This document shows positions 24,550 through 38,153 of a stretch of 64,000 nucleotides of DNA, one piece after another. The stretch comes from Setoptus koraiensis (lineage: Eukaryota > Animalia > Arthropoda), in the NCBI GenBank assembly GCA_048013815.1, contig CM106586.1:4092001-4156000 (forward strand). The letters run 5' to 3'. Made by a program: the position numbers and the translations under genes. How positions within the stretch are numbered: position 1 is the first letter of the stretch; each line of letters starts with the position of its first letter. The notes under the pieces were generated by a model. It was not told the origin of the DNA and did not search any database. It worked only from the letters and a program-made list of their open reading frames with translations.

Positions 24550-24629
24550 GCTCACACTGACCAGTGTCTGCTCACGCTGACCAGTGTCGGCTCACACTGA
24601 CCAGTGTCTGCTCACACTAACCAGTGTCG
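24550..24629. repeat. 20-bp tandem array x4 with an internal palindrome ACACTG-AC-CAGTGT
   Basis: Direct reading. Unit ends alternate CT/CG, giving a 40-bp higher-order repeat. Confidence 0.92.
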
Positions 24630-27130
24630 GAGCACAGAAGCGACAAGTGCACAGCAAACAGGCAGCGCAAAAAGTGGCGCAATGGGCAGTCACAGCGCAC
24701 TTACAGGTTATGCTTACAAGTTTTACACAGGTAACTTGTAATTATGCTCCCATTTTGCTCGAAAGCAGCCCCGTCTCCATGGCAACCACCAACGTCAGTC
24801 GGCTGTCATAATCAATCAATGCTGCATTAGCATCTCCCCCATTAATGTGATGCCTTCTCGTCCCGTCCCGTCCCGTCCAGTCCCGACCCGTCCCGTCCCG
24901 TCCCATGCAAAGCCCGCCAGTCGCATGAAAAGCGGTCGCGCCAGCAACAAGACAGCCAACAACAATAAAATGGCTGATTATGATTGAGTGAGCGTGTCAA
25001 TCATCATTTGGGCACTGTTTTCATGGTCGCAATTGTCAGCACACTTGTCCATCACGACCCACGACATCGGCCCGTCGCAGCCGGCGCTCGCGCCGGAAGT
25101 CGGTGCGGCTTGGGTTCGTTTTGTCGCTCGCTCGTTGTTTGCGGGCTTCTTGGCTCCTGGCTGCAGACCGGATGACCTTGCTAACGCCACTCTGGCAGCG
25201 GCCAATTGCCCAATGCTGATTTCCAATACACTCGTCCGACTCGCCATTTGTCAACAACGAATGTCCGTTTTATCAATTACTGACCGCTGCAAATAATATT
25301 TAATATTTAGCGCTTTTTCTAGACAGCAACTGTACATGCGATCATAGACTGCAACTGTACCTGTTATTTTAGACAGCAACTGCACATGACTGTCTAGGCA
25401 GACTGATGTGATGAGCACGAGTTGCGTAACACAGTATTTGACGGACTGGCTGTGCAGATTGCGCACGGCAAAACGCGCTTTGGCGCCGGCACAGTGACCC
25501 GGTTCACTGTGCCGAAAGAAGAGTTATGTGCGCGCCTGTGCTGATAGTTTGATTCATTGGCATTAGGTGGAGATTGGCATTGTGTGTGCTGGCGCGATAT
25601 TACCGTTATTTACGGCCATTTACCGTTATTTATGGCCACACTCGCTTACCTGGCTGCAGTGGGCCGAACACATTTATTAGCTGGATCTCTGGTCAGCTGT
25701 TAAATTGAAATCGGCCCATTTGGGCAACTGTCAATAATGGGCAAACCGCTAACAAAGACAAGGTGTCAACGCGGTTAACAGACGCGTTGGCACCTCCCCG
25801 CTGGCCCGTTAATGTGTAATTGTGTGAGATTGGCCACCACCACCACCACCACAACCGCCGCAACCACTGCAACTACCGCAACCACCGCAGCCGCCGCAGC
25901 CGCCGCAGCCGCCGCAACCACCGCAACCACCACAACCACTGCAACAACCACAACCACCAAATGCTGCGTTAAAGTATGCGGCATCGCGGGCATTGGTTTG
26001 TTTGTATCTCCGGCTGACAGTGTGTTGTGTGCCGGGCCATTGTGTTGGCGGCGCTGGTTGTGGCATGGACACGACACACATGTCAGTGGTGTCAGCATTG
26101 TCAGAATTGTCAGAGTTGTCAGAATTGATCACATGATAAATGGCCATTCATGGATGATAGATGATAAATGATCGGCCGCGGCCGCGCCAACAACAAACCG
26201 TTGGGCGTCGCTCCGATCGAGCAGTCATGCCTCTTTTCGCCCATCTCGCCCTGCCGGCCGGTGCCCGCTCGACGCGCTCAGAACCGCTCAAAGCCGCTCA
26301 AATACCGCTCAAATACCCACGCTCGGGTAGCTCGGACAGCGCAAATAGCTCGGACAGCGCAAATAGCTCGGACAGCTCGGATGGCCGCCGCGGCGGCTCG
26401 GGACGCGTCAGCAACTGGCGCCGTTACACTTTGTGAGCTGTCGCTTTGTCGCTCGCTGTCCCCAGTCGCCGGTCGCCGGGCGCTAGTCGCCGGCGGAACA
26501 ACGAGAGCGAGAAATTCAATTTATAAACCTTACCTGTGCCGTGCCATGTACCTGTCAACTAACAACTGACAACTGGCCACTGGCCACTGCGCACACAAAA
26601 AGCTGATTCGTTTTAGCTGACAGTGTTAACCTGTCAGTGTCACAGTTTGTGAGGGGAGGGGGGCGCCGTCACACGGGCCAGCGGTTGGTCGCGGGCATGA
26701 TTGCTGAGCGCCGCACAGCGCATGCCCGCGATGGCGCCAATGGCTGTTTGTCGATGGCAAGCGATTGACATGAATACAATGGTTTCACCTCGCTCTGCTC
26801 GCGCCGCCCACTCCGCGCGACCGGGTCCGCGGCCGCTCAGCGGGCGCCCGCCGGGCGTCCCTATAAACCCGACACCCGTGACAACTGACAGCTGCACAGC
26901 TGATTATACACACCTTAGAACACAATCGACGATGGAATGTCGACTGGCGACCTGGCCAATATACCCTACTCTATTTATGAGTGTGGGTAGCCCGGCCAGC
27001 GGGTAGTGGCGCACGCGCGGTCGGACTACCCGACGAGTTGCCCGTTTTGGCAAATCGGGCCGATACACACACACTGACCGACACTGACCGTCATCTATCA
27101 GCTGTGTGTGATAGATGATCGTTGGGCACC

Positions 27131-27196
27131 TTGTGTCACAAGGCTTGTGTCACAGGCTTGTGTCACAGGATTGTGTCACAGGCTTGTGTGTGTCAG
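27131..27196. repeat. 13-bp tandem array of TTGTGTCACAGGC x4-5
   Basis: Direct reading. Confidence 0.9.
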
Positions 27197-28515
27197 TTGC
27201 AAAGCGCGCTCGGCGCGCTTGACCACAATTGTCTCACGCAATTGTCACGCAGATCATTGCCACTAGGCGGCGGGCGCCTAGCGGAGAGTGCGCCACAAGC
27301 CAGTGTCTGGCAGTGTCACATTATTTGGCCCCCAATCGCACACAATCTATTTATCATTTTGTGTCATTTTAGGCGTCGCGGGCCCGCGACAAACAGCGCA
27401 CACAAGGGCATAGGAGGCTGTCGAGTTGTTGCGGTGTGAGAGCCGGTTGAGCGAGTCAAATTGAATGGGGCCGTATTCAATCATCGAGCGATAATAGTTG
27501 AATATTTATGTCCGTCGACGGCGGCAGCAGCGGCATAATGAGTTGTGTTTTTGCGATGGTCAACAACAAACACAAATCACACAAATATTCTTTTGTGTGC
27601 TTCTTGTGGCTGCCCATTGAGAAATGGTGATAAATAATGGTCGTACTGGCGTGATCATTCATTTCGTTGGCCGTCGAACCAATCGGCGGCCATTTAATCA
27701 CTCGGACAGCGCCGGCCCAATGATGTGATTTGCGCCTGACGGCGGGCTCAGCGCGAAACAATTCCGATCACGCTTGTCGTTGCTGCTGCGGCTGGCCGAG
27801 CAACAACCGCCGACAACCGCCGACAACAACCACCGACGACCGGCCAATAACGACGACCAGTTGACGGTCAGCTGTCCGACAAGTTGCCGGCTGATTGGCA
27901 TCAGCGGGCACACAATGGCGCAAAGGCACATACGCTGCTCTTGCGCGCTCGTTTAGTAGGTGAGTCGCGCAATAAATTGCGTCATCATCGATCATCGGCT
28001 GTCGGATAATTGAGCCGGTCAAGCTGACGGGCTGCATTGGCTCAAGCTGCGCCGCATTGTGCCCGCCGATGTAGTGTAGTGGCCAGTGGCCAAGTGACAG
28101 TTTGATTTATTTGTCGACTGTTTGTCGTTGTTGTCGCGCCGTTGTCTGGCCGTCGGCCGCTGTTGGCCGGTTGTTGATGATCGACGCTCGATCGGTCACA
28201 AATCACACACAACAACAGCACAAGTCAGCAACACTGAGCAAACAATCCGCTGGCCATTATTGTAATCATCGCGCCACGTAATATAGGCGCATCGCCCAAT
28301 TAGCGCGGCCGCCAGGTACGGCGACGGCAGCATCATTGACAGTTGGCAACTTGACAGTTTGCCGGTTTCACAGTGCCGCCGCCGCCGCCGCGAACAGCTT
28401 TGCTTTTAAGCTCTTGGCATTTCACTTGGCTGTGGCATTTTTGCTTTGGCCCATCGTGCAGGCCAAAAGTGGCCCCATCGAGGAATGCAAACAAAGCGAC
28501 GGCAATTATCGCACG

Positions 28516-28553
28516 CCGGCCAATGGTTATAATGCGTTATAACCATTGGCCGG
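28516..28553. repeat. Perfect 17-bp inverted repeat with a 4-nt spacer
   Basis: CCGGCCAATGGTTATAA-TGCG-TTATAACCATTGGCCGG. Confidence 0.95.
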
Positions 28554-28952
28554 TTATAATGCTGCGCCGGCAATAATAATAATTTATTTCGTCGTCGTCA
28601 TAATTTTTCAATTCATTCAAATCAATCTTTTCTCGCAAACAACGGCAACAGCAACAGCAACAGCAACAGAAACAGCAACAGCAACAACAGCAACAACAGC
28701 AACAACAACGCCAACATAACTCACTAACTCATTAATTGTTTAACAGACAAACAAGAGCAATGGCAGCACCATTAGTGAGTTGCGCATCATTTGCATGAGC
28801 ATCATTTGCATCGGCAGCATCATTTGCATGGCCCATTATTAAATGATCAATCTTATCTCCGTCGCTGTGGCTGCATTAGCCGGCTCTGTCATGTTGCCAC
28901 CGACAACAACTGGCAACATCAGATTGATCATCGCCATTATCCATTAGTGCTC

Positions 28953-29095
28953 GCCAACAGCCAACAACCAACAACCGATAGCCAACAGCCAACAGCCAAC
29001 AGCCAACAGCCAACAGCCAACAGCCAACAGCCAACAGCCAACAGCCAACAGCCAACAGCCAACAACCGACAACCGACAACCAACAGCCAACAACC
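28953..29095. repeat. 7-bp (GCCAACA)n minisatellite
   Basis: Direct reading. Confidence 0.95.
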
Positions 29096-29847
29096 AATGC
29101 CAATACAATAATTACACTGCCAGCCGAACGCAGGCGGCCATATATATATATATGTATATATATAGTAGACAATAATAAATAAATGGCTTTTGTTGGCTGG
29201 CAGCATCTCGTGCCATGACACTCATTATCCATTAGGGTATTAATCTGTCGCGGGCCGACATGTTACGCTTACCCGGTGCGCAAAGTTGCCGCCAACAAAC
29301 ACACCCCCGTGCCCGGCCGGAGGTACCTGGCATTTGGGGCACCGGTGCGGCGGTGTGTGTGTGTGTGTGTGTGCTCCATTAAAACGGCCATGATTGATGG
29401 TGTAAAATGAACATAAATCATATCATTCATGCTGTCTAATTTATCATCAATCTATCTATCACTTACCCATTAACTTGTCCAAACTAACTAATACTGGCAC
29501 TGGCACAATGCCGGCCCCGACTCGCAGCCTGTCAGCTCGTGCAAACCGACACCGGCGACAACGGCACCAACAGCGACAACAGCCACGGTAGCACTATTCT
29601 GGCCTCGTTTAATTAGGTTAAAATCGGCTATTTTTGCGCCCCGAGCTCGATGGCTGCCAGCAAACAAGCGGCCAGCGTCAAGCTGCGTCAGACAGGGGGC
29701 GCCGTGGCGGAGCGACACAATTCAGATTGAGCTAGTTGGGCGATTAGCGACACTTTGACGACACACAAAACAATGATGACAACTAGCGACTAACAACGAC
29801 TGCCGCTCGCATGTTGATACTCTGCTGTCTTGCCGTCGCTGCCGCTG

Positions 29848-29883
<36 letters not shown>

Positions 29884-32800
29884 CAAACAACTAACGGCTA
29901 GACAGCTCGACAGCTAGACAGGCCAGTTGGACGGGGGAGCCAGCAGCAAAAGTGTGCCATGTCAACTGCAAAATCAAGCAGCCAAATCCCACCAAAATCC
30001 ATCTGCCATTTGCTGGCTGGGGATGTTTGTGTGGGTGTCTCACACAAACTGTGCCCGCTGTGCCTGCCTGCTCATCTGGCTAGGTGGCGCCACTTAGCTC
30101 AATGAGCGGGCCAATGTTCGGCCGACGCTGCGCGCCTAGCGGTCGTTGTCAGCAATCATTGTGAGCAAAATGTTGGACAGTCGCTTGGGGCGCCCTCACA
30201 AGTTGGTGGCTCAACTTCATATCGAGCATACGTAACTTACGTAACTTGTGTAAGCTCGATACATATGAAGTTTGCTGCCGCTTGATAATATTAATATATA
30301 CGCATTTGTATACAGAGCCTCGTCGCTGTATTGAGAGCCAGCCAGCCAAAGCGACAGGGACGCAGGGGGAGAGTGTGAGATTTGAGGGCGACAAAGACGA
30401 CAGTGACATGTCGCAGTCGACATCTACTTTAATAAACAACAACTGCAACAACAGCGCCAGTTGTTGTAACACAATCAGCTGGTGATAGATTAACGAGAAC
30501 GAGAGTACAAGATGGAGATGAGCACGAAGAACACCATTAGTGTCAAGATGCTAATACAATGAAATGATAAATGATTCATCATCAAGTCACCACTAGCTCG
30601 CTGCAATACGCTGTATGTAATGCTGCCAAAATGTAATAATGGCTGCCTGAATATTATTCACTGAATAATGAACCGCTCGCCATTTTCCGGCCCACAATTG
30701 TGAATTGGGTGAAAAATTTGGATTTGGATTTTGCAGTTTAGTTGAGTTGTTTGCGAGTCAAATTCCGACGATATGTTGCCAGTTGGCGAACATTGTCAGC
30801 ACGCGCCCAAACAACAACAGCGACAACAACAACAGCGACAGCGACAATATCGTCTGACGAAGCGACAAAGACTCGTCTATTTGCACAGATTTGCAACAGT
30901 TTCGTCAGCGCGAGCGATTTACTTTTTCTCTAAGCCACTCGCCGGCGTCGGCCGGCTCGTCGCAAGCGGCCGGCCCGTGTAACCGGTTGACAGAAGTGAC
31001 TTTGAGGGAGCGCTCAATGAATATTCATAATTTGCAGCCTCGCAGCGCCGCCCGACTGACGGCTTCGAGCGCAAGCCGACTTGCAACGTTGGCCGGTTAG
31101 CGGCTGCGAGGCGAGTGGAGAGCAAAATGATAAAATGATAAATATAATCCGCCATAAGTCATACTTATCGGTTGGCGTGAATGATGCCAGAGTAATTTAT
31201 TTATTTTTTAAGTGCGCTTACACACACACACATTCGTGCGTCTATTAGCTAATTTAATCGAGGCGTCGCCGGATTAGCCGCGCAAGACACCAGCTAAGCT
31301 TGGGCGCAGCTATAGCGACCGGCCTGGCCGCAGTGTGTCGCTATGCGCACACCGCGGGCCGCCGGGAGCCGCCGGGAGCCGCTCGGGCCGGTGGCGAGCG
31401 GGAGCCGAATGCGAGCGGCGGCGATGTGCGCGCCCGTCGACAAAGTGATATTAGATTAGCGATAATACGTATAAATATAAAGTATTTTAAGATGCTTATG
31501 TAAGACGTATTATGATTGTAGCACAATTACTGTGCCAGCTTTGACTAATGAATATATAAGCCCCGGCTGGCAATAAATCAACTTGGCGTGCCGTGTCTAA
31601 GTGTTTGAGCTGGCTGGCTGACGGGGCGCCGAGCATGGCGCGCGGATTGTTGCTGGCGCCGGCGGCTCATTCATTCAGCTTGTTGGTGTTGGCTGATGGC
31701 TCATGGCTCATGAATTGAATTATCTGTTTGCGTTGCGAAATTGCGCTGCTTCGGCCGTTCGCAGGCGAACGCATTAACGCCGCCATATAGCCCACAAACA
31801 TCACAAACAAGCGAACAGGCGAACTGAGACGATGATTAATTTTGACAAGTAGTTATGACATAATTAATCATCGCAGCCGCTCGCACACAAATGTTGCTCA
31901 TCGTCGCTGATTGATGACTCGACACACACACTGCAATATTTTGCTTGTGTGTAGTTATGGCAAAATGTTTATATTTTGACAATCGAGTCGACACACACAC
32001 ACACACATTAGTTGGTTGTTGCAATTATCGTGGTTGCGCAACATGCAGGCGGACGACGCCAAGACGCTGCGAGCCGGCCAAGGGATTCGCAGTTCGCGGT
32101 TCGCAGCTCACAACTCGCAATTCACGATTCGCAGTTCGCAGTTCGCAGTTCGCAATTTCCAATGACAATGTCGCACAATTTGAAACTGAACGACACAAAA
32201 CGCAATGGGCAATATTTCACATGGTGTCAGTTGACAATTTTGTTTCTCACTTTAAATTTTTGCGTAACCCCACACAAACCCACCCAAAGCGACTCATCTG
32301 AGACGACCAATCAGCTGACTAACTGACTAACCGACTGACTCAATTGATACTGTTAGTCGCTGTGGTGCCAATGACACACACGCACACACACTGTTACGTA
32401 ACAAGCGTCACACTGTTACGTAGCTAGCGTCACACCGGCCGAATCGGCCGGTTGTGACAGCAGCTAACGAATCGTAATAATAAATCGGGCATGATGTCAC
32501 AATTGTCATTGGTCGCTTGTCACAGCTCAGACTTGCGTCGCCTCTGCGCAGGCTCCCTGATCTGATTGGAATTCGAATTGGCGTCGGAATTCGAGTTCGA
32601 TCTGACTGTCGTCAGATTCTGACACCAGTTGTTCGTATGCCCGCATGCGCGTTAGCTGGAGGTTCGCTCCGGGCTCTCTTCGGGTCTTTTCGGGGTCCCT
32701 TCGGGCTCTCTTCGGGGTCTTTTCGAGGCACCTTCCGGGGTACGTCTGCCAGAAGTATGCCAGAGGTATGCCAGAGGTATGCCACGCGGTATGCCACGCG

Positions 32801-35800
32801 GTATGCAAATGAGGTGCCGGTCAACAGGTCGTGCTCGCACTGGCAATCGGGTGCTCGAGGGCACCCAATTGGCCGCTCGCTGGCGGGGTGCTGGTTGTGT
32901 CGTGCAGCAAACAATTACCGGCCAGCAAACAACAAAGCACAACGAGTGATAATGAATGGTGCTGCCACCAGACATAATGATAAGTTGTCGGGCAATAACA
33001 ATCAATCAAGGGCCCCTCGCAGAATTAATGATGACGCTGTCCAGTTGACAGTTGCAGTTCTTTGTGGTGCTGTTGTCGCTGTTGTCGCTGTTGTCGCTGT
33101 TGTCGCTGTTGTTGTTGTTGTCGTTGTGTCAAATTTGCTGTCATTATTATCAGCAGCAGCAGCAGCATCAGCATCACAGGCAGCAGCGCACAAAGGCAAC
33201 AACAACAAAGGACGGTCGCAGCTGATCGACAATTGGGCCAACAACAATCGTCGCTGCAACACAATTGGAGCAACAGCCAGCACAACAACAACAACAACGG
33301 CAACAACGACAACAGCAACACGCCAGCAATCACAAGCAGTGAGCAGCGACGGATAAGAAGTTTGTCAGCGCTGGCTGGCAGCGTCTGACAGTGTCTGGCA
33401 GCGGTAATTTATGGCCGCCAGCTAATGACAGCAGTTAATAGAAATGGATGCAAATTTACACTTGACGACACTGACAAATCGTCGCCGCTCCATCACTGTC
33501 AGGCGCCTGTGCAAACGCGCCAAAGCGTCCGTCCATCTGGCGGACCGGGCCGGCCCGGCCTGGCACATAATTGAGTTTGTGCGCCATCATTGGGGTACCG
33601 GCGGCACCCATGCGCCCATGTGATAGCCCAAATGAGATGGCCCGACAGAAACAGTTTTGCGGCCCGGCAAAACTGGTTGCTGCTGGGGCGCACAGGTGAG
33701 CGCGCCAGTGTCAGCTAGATACCGATTTATCGGACGGTGTCGATATGTGGCGCTCGTGTGCGCGCCAGCATGAGCAAACGCGTGCGCGCCGCGCCGGCAT
33801 GAGCAAATGCGTGCGCGCCGCGCCGGGACCCGAGCGGGCGAGTGGAGCGGGCGAGTGGAGCGGCCAAGCGTTGCAACGGTGGCCAGCTTAATGGTCAGTG
33901 GCATGTCGCGGACAGGATGCCGGTGAGGCGCAGCGGCGCACAAACTGTCAGTGGGCCATTTATCAGTGCAAAGTGTTTGTGTTTGCGCTATAAACAAGAT
34001 TAATGTCCAAATACTGTCCATTGTCATAATGGCCATAATTTACCTTTTATCTTGTTCGTGTCGCTGTTGTCGTTGTTGCTTGTTTTGTTTGCACTGCCGC
34101 TGCCATTTAGACGCACTCGCCACATTTACACACGCACTCTGCCGGCGGGGGCACCAACCAACCGGCCAGCATCCGCCGGCCAGCACCCGCCGGCCAACCG
34201 CCGAGCAACCGGTTAGGGCAACAAGCGCCCGGCGAGCCCGACACCGACCCGACCAACACCGACCAGCCAGACAAGCAGCAGCGCCACCTACGGCACGAGC
34301 GAACGCGGCTGTTATTGAATTTAATAACGGCGACCGACTTGAACTGACTGGCCCGACAACGGCCAATAATCATAGTCGTATAAATCATTGCTAATGAGCG
34401 GCCACCGCGGTCACCATGCCCGCGCCCGCTCGGCCAGCACGGGCCGGCCCGTGCTGGGCACGCCGCCAAACTGCATGCAAAACTTGAGTCAAACTTGAGT
34501 TAAACTTGCCCACACACCCGCACCAAACTGCCCCCAGGACTCACGGGCCAATATTGCACGGTCTTGCCGAGCGCCCACCGCCCCGGGAGCCCGCTCGATT
34601 CGCGAGAATACCCGTCCCATCTGCGAGAGTGCCCGAACGATTTTTGAGAGTACCCGTCAGATTGTTGAGAATACCAGGGGCCCTGGGCAGGCGATTGGGG
34701 GCGGCGGGCCGACGGGCGACGGAGGGACTCGGTTAGCGGGGGCGATAAATCAGTGGAGCGCGTCACGTTATTTCGCGTCGAGCCTTATTTATCTGCGTCG
34801 AGCGCTTTTTCTTGCTGCTGTTGTCGTTGTTGCTGCTGTTGTCGTTGTTGCTGCTGTTGTTGGCATCTTCTTTATTATTATTGTCGACAAGCAACAAGGG
34901 CGATTGTTGCGTTTAACTGCCATTTAACCATTTGCAACACCGACACCACTGACTCTGGCAACAGTGACCAGTGTCCGCTGCAAAACGGTGGCCATTTGCC
35001 ATTTAATAGTCGTTTGATTTCACGATAAATACCCCGGGCACAGGCTTGTGCTGCCCGTATCCAGGCAGCTCATTAGGTTTTGAGAATGCCAGAATGTTTT
35101 GGGAGCCTGCTCATAGTGTGCGCAATTGTGTTGGGGCCAGCGACAAAATCGCCCGCTCGCAAATAGCGCCTCGTAAACATAGAGGCGCTGCGAGCGGGGC
35201 ACAAATCACGCGCCGGCAATCGCACAAGCGAACGACGCCGGCCAGCAACAACAACAATTAAATTAACAAATCAAATAAAATACCCAAATAAAACGGCGAC
35301 GGTTGCCGCAGTCAGGTCGCGGGCGCTGTCGTTGTGGCTGTCGTTGGCGCAACGGCAACAACAACAACGACAACAGCAACAACAACGACAACGACAGCCG
35401 CGCTGACCAATTGCCGCGAATGTCGCTCGCGAGCGACGATATTTGACGGGCGAGGGCCATTTGTCGGTCATTTGTTGTAGATACACGATGGATGACCACT
35501 GATTAGCGGCGAATGCACGCTCCACTTGAGACACATAATACGAGCGGCCTCTGTATTATATACTCACAACTTGTAGAGGCGCTCGCAACGCCGGCCAAAC
35601 GAGCGCTCTCTTGCTGGCAATTGTTTTAGCACGACAGCGCAACGTGTTACGTAATTAGGCCTGTGTAATTTATTGGCTTTGTTAGTTTAATTTATTGGCA
35701 TCGGCTGCAAACTGCGCCACTGTGCCGCTGTGAGCACAAGCCGCAAACAGAGCAGCAAATAGCAAATCGCAAATTCAACAGCAACAACAGCAACAACAAC

Positions 35801-38153
35801 AACAGCAACAACAGCAACAACAACAACAACGACAACAACAAATAACATTTAACGAATGACGCGCCGGCGCCCACGCATCCAATGCGCCATTCGATGGACG
35901 AGCAGCAACAACCGCTTGTCTTGTGGTATTTGTGGCCTTATTTGGGTACCTCATGTATTGATTAATAGCTTATTATAATGTGCGCCAATTTAACAATTTA
36001 TTACAAAGTATAACGGTTGCACAGTAGGTGGCACTTTAAACCGTTTAAACTGACAGTTGCCAAACCCCAAATAGCGGCCTGATTGTATTGCTACAAACCG
36101 CCGGCCAGATTCGCGCAAATCAACGAATGCGACACGGATAAAAGAGAAAAAGATAAATATTATCGTCGTTATTGTTTAATGTCACTCTCGACTGGCCAGC
36201 CAGTGGCACAGCGACAGACTCGACAAATGGTCGTGTTGTTATTGTCTTATCTCTGACGGCTGCAACTATCAACTATCCGCTGGCACGACAATTAAATTTG
36301 AATTATCTGCCTCTTTTATGTCGCGTCCATTTTACACGATTTTACGACCAGCGACACACAGCACAAAATTGCCCCCTGCCCAAACATTTCGCCCGGCGGG
36401 CCCACTTCTTGCTGCTGCCAAACGCTCTTGTTGTCGCACTATCCGACTATCCGACCATCCGACTATCCGACTATCTGAGTATCTGAGTATCTGAGTGTAT
36501 CTCGGTGTATCCGTATATCCGTCTATCCGTGTATTGTCGTTAATGGCCGGGCAAGAGGGCCATTAACGAGCGCACACACAGTTGAATGGTCGGCCAAGAT
36601 GCACAGATTAACTCGCAACATTGACTCAACGCAACATTGATATCCCAATGTGCGATCCCATCAGTCCAGTTTAACGGGCCCCACTGTCGCCATATCGTGC
36701 CTACCAAACGAGGGCTCCCAATAATTGCCCGAATCGAGCGCTATCTGGACGCTGCATTCTGGCGCTCATCTGGGCCGCACACCCTGCCGGCACGCGGATC
36801 CGGTCCGGATCCGCGGATCACAAGTTGGTTCACAAACAGTCTGTCATCTGTTGAATTGGCATTGTCGGCCAGTGAGATCGGTGTGGCAGCGCTGACAGTT
36901 GTGAGCGGCCAGAACAAAATTAATTTGACGACAGCGACACCGTTAATTGATATTGCGATTGTCGTGTTATGTATTGTGTGCCAATTATCGATCAATTGAC
37001 ATGGACAGTTATGGCATTATGGCATTATGGCAATTATTACGGCTTAATGCAATAACTGCTCGCCTTGTACAACAGACTGTGCGACAAAATTGTCCGGCGC
37101 TGTGACGCAACTATGATGTAACTGTGATGTAACTGTGATACAAGGGTGATACAAGGGCGATGTAACTGCGATGTAACTGTTGGTGTGCAACGGAATGGCA
37201 ACACGACCAATGGGCAGGGGATAAATCTTTCGTGGGGCCTCCGTGTTTTGCAAGGGGGCCCTTCGGTGGGAGCCGCGCCAAGTAGCAGCTAAAATTGTGT
37301 GATTACGAGCGGCCTCTGATTAATGGCCTGACACTTCCTGGCTGCTGGTAGCTGGTCGTGTAACAAACGACAGCATAATACGACAGCATAAACGACAACG
37401 TAATACGACAACGTAATACGACAACGCAATGCGACGGCGCAATACGACGGCGCCCCTCATTGGGGCCCTCTGGTGCCCGTGTTATCTGTGTTAATCGATT
37501 GTTTGTATATTTGTAGCATGTTGGTGATATATGTCCGCCCAGAAGCATGCCAGTGCTCATGTGACGATGATTAATGTCGACCATTATACAGTCGAGTTGA
37601 GACAGCAACACAGTGACAGTGAGTGTCGTGCCCGAGTCATTTGTTTTGCGCCCCAACTGTCTCATTGGGAACCTTTAAATGGGCGCTGCAGCCATTCGTT
37701 ATTTGGATCGGTTGCCGGTCGGCAATTGCCAATCGCCAGTCGTCTCGCGCCAGTCGCCAATTGCCGATTTCACTGAATCCGAACATATCCAAAGGGGGGC
37801 CAATTTAATTTGGCGTCTTGCGCGACAACAACAACAACAACAGCAACGACACGTCCATTTGTCTGGACATGTGCGCACAACTGACAGCCAACGATGACAA
37901 CGACAACTTGCAAATGGGCCCACTAACAGTCCGCTCTGACATGACATTTCGGACACTCGCTCTCCAACAATGTGAGAGCCACTATTAATTAAGCCACCTC
38001 GGCGCCCCCGGCGCACCTCAGCGGCGGCGGCCGGGCGTCTGGCGGCGGGCGTCTGGGCCCGCATCTCTCGCGGCTCCCGTCTCCCGGCTGCCAGTAGCCA
38101 CTGGGCGACCAGAGCGGTGCACCGGTGGCACGTCCAGTCTTGGGCACACGGAG

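Noticed and set aside
34604-34677. CRISPR-like interpretation of repeat-spacer patterns
   Set aside because: Eukaryotic context, units far too short, no cas genes.
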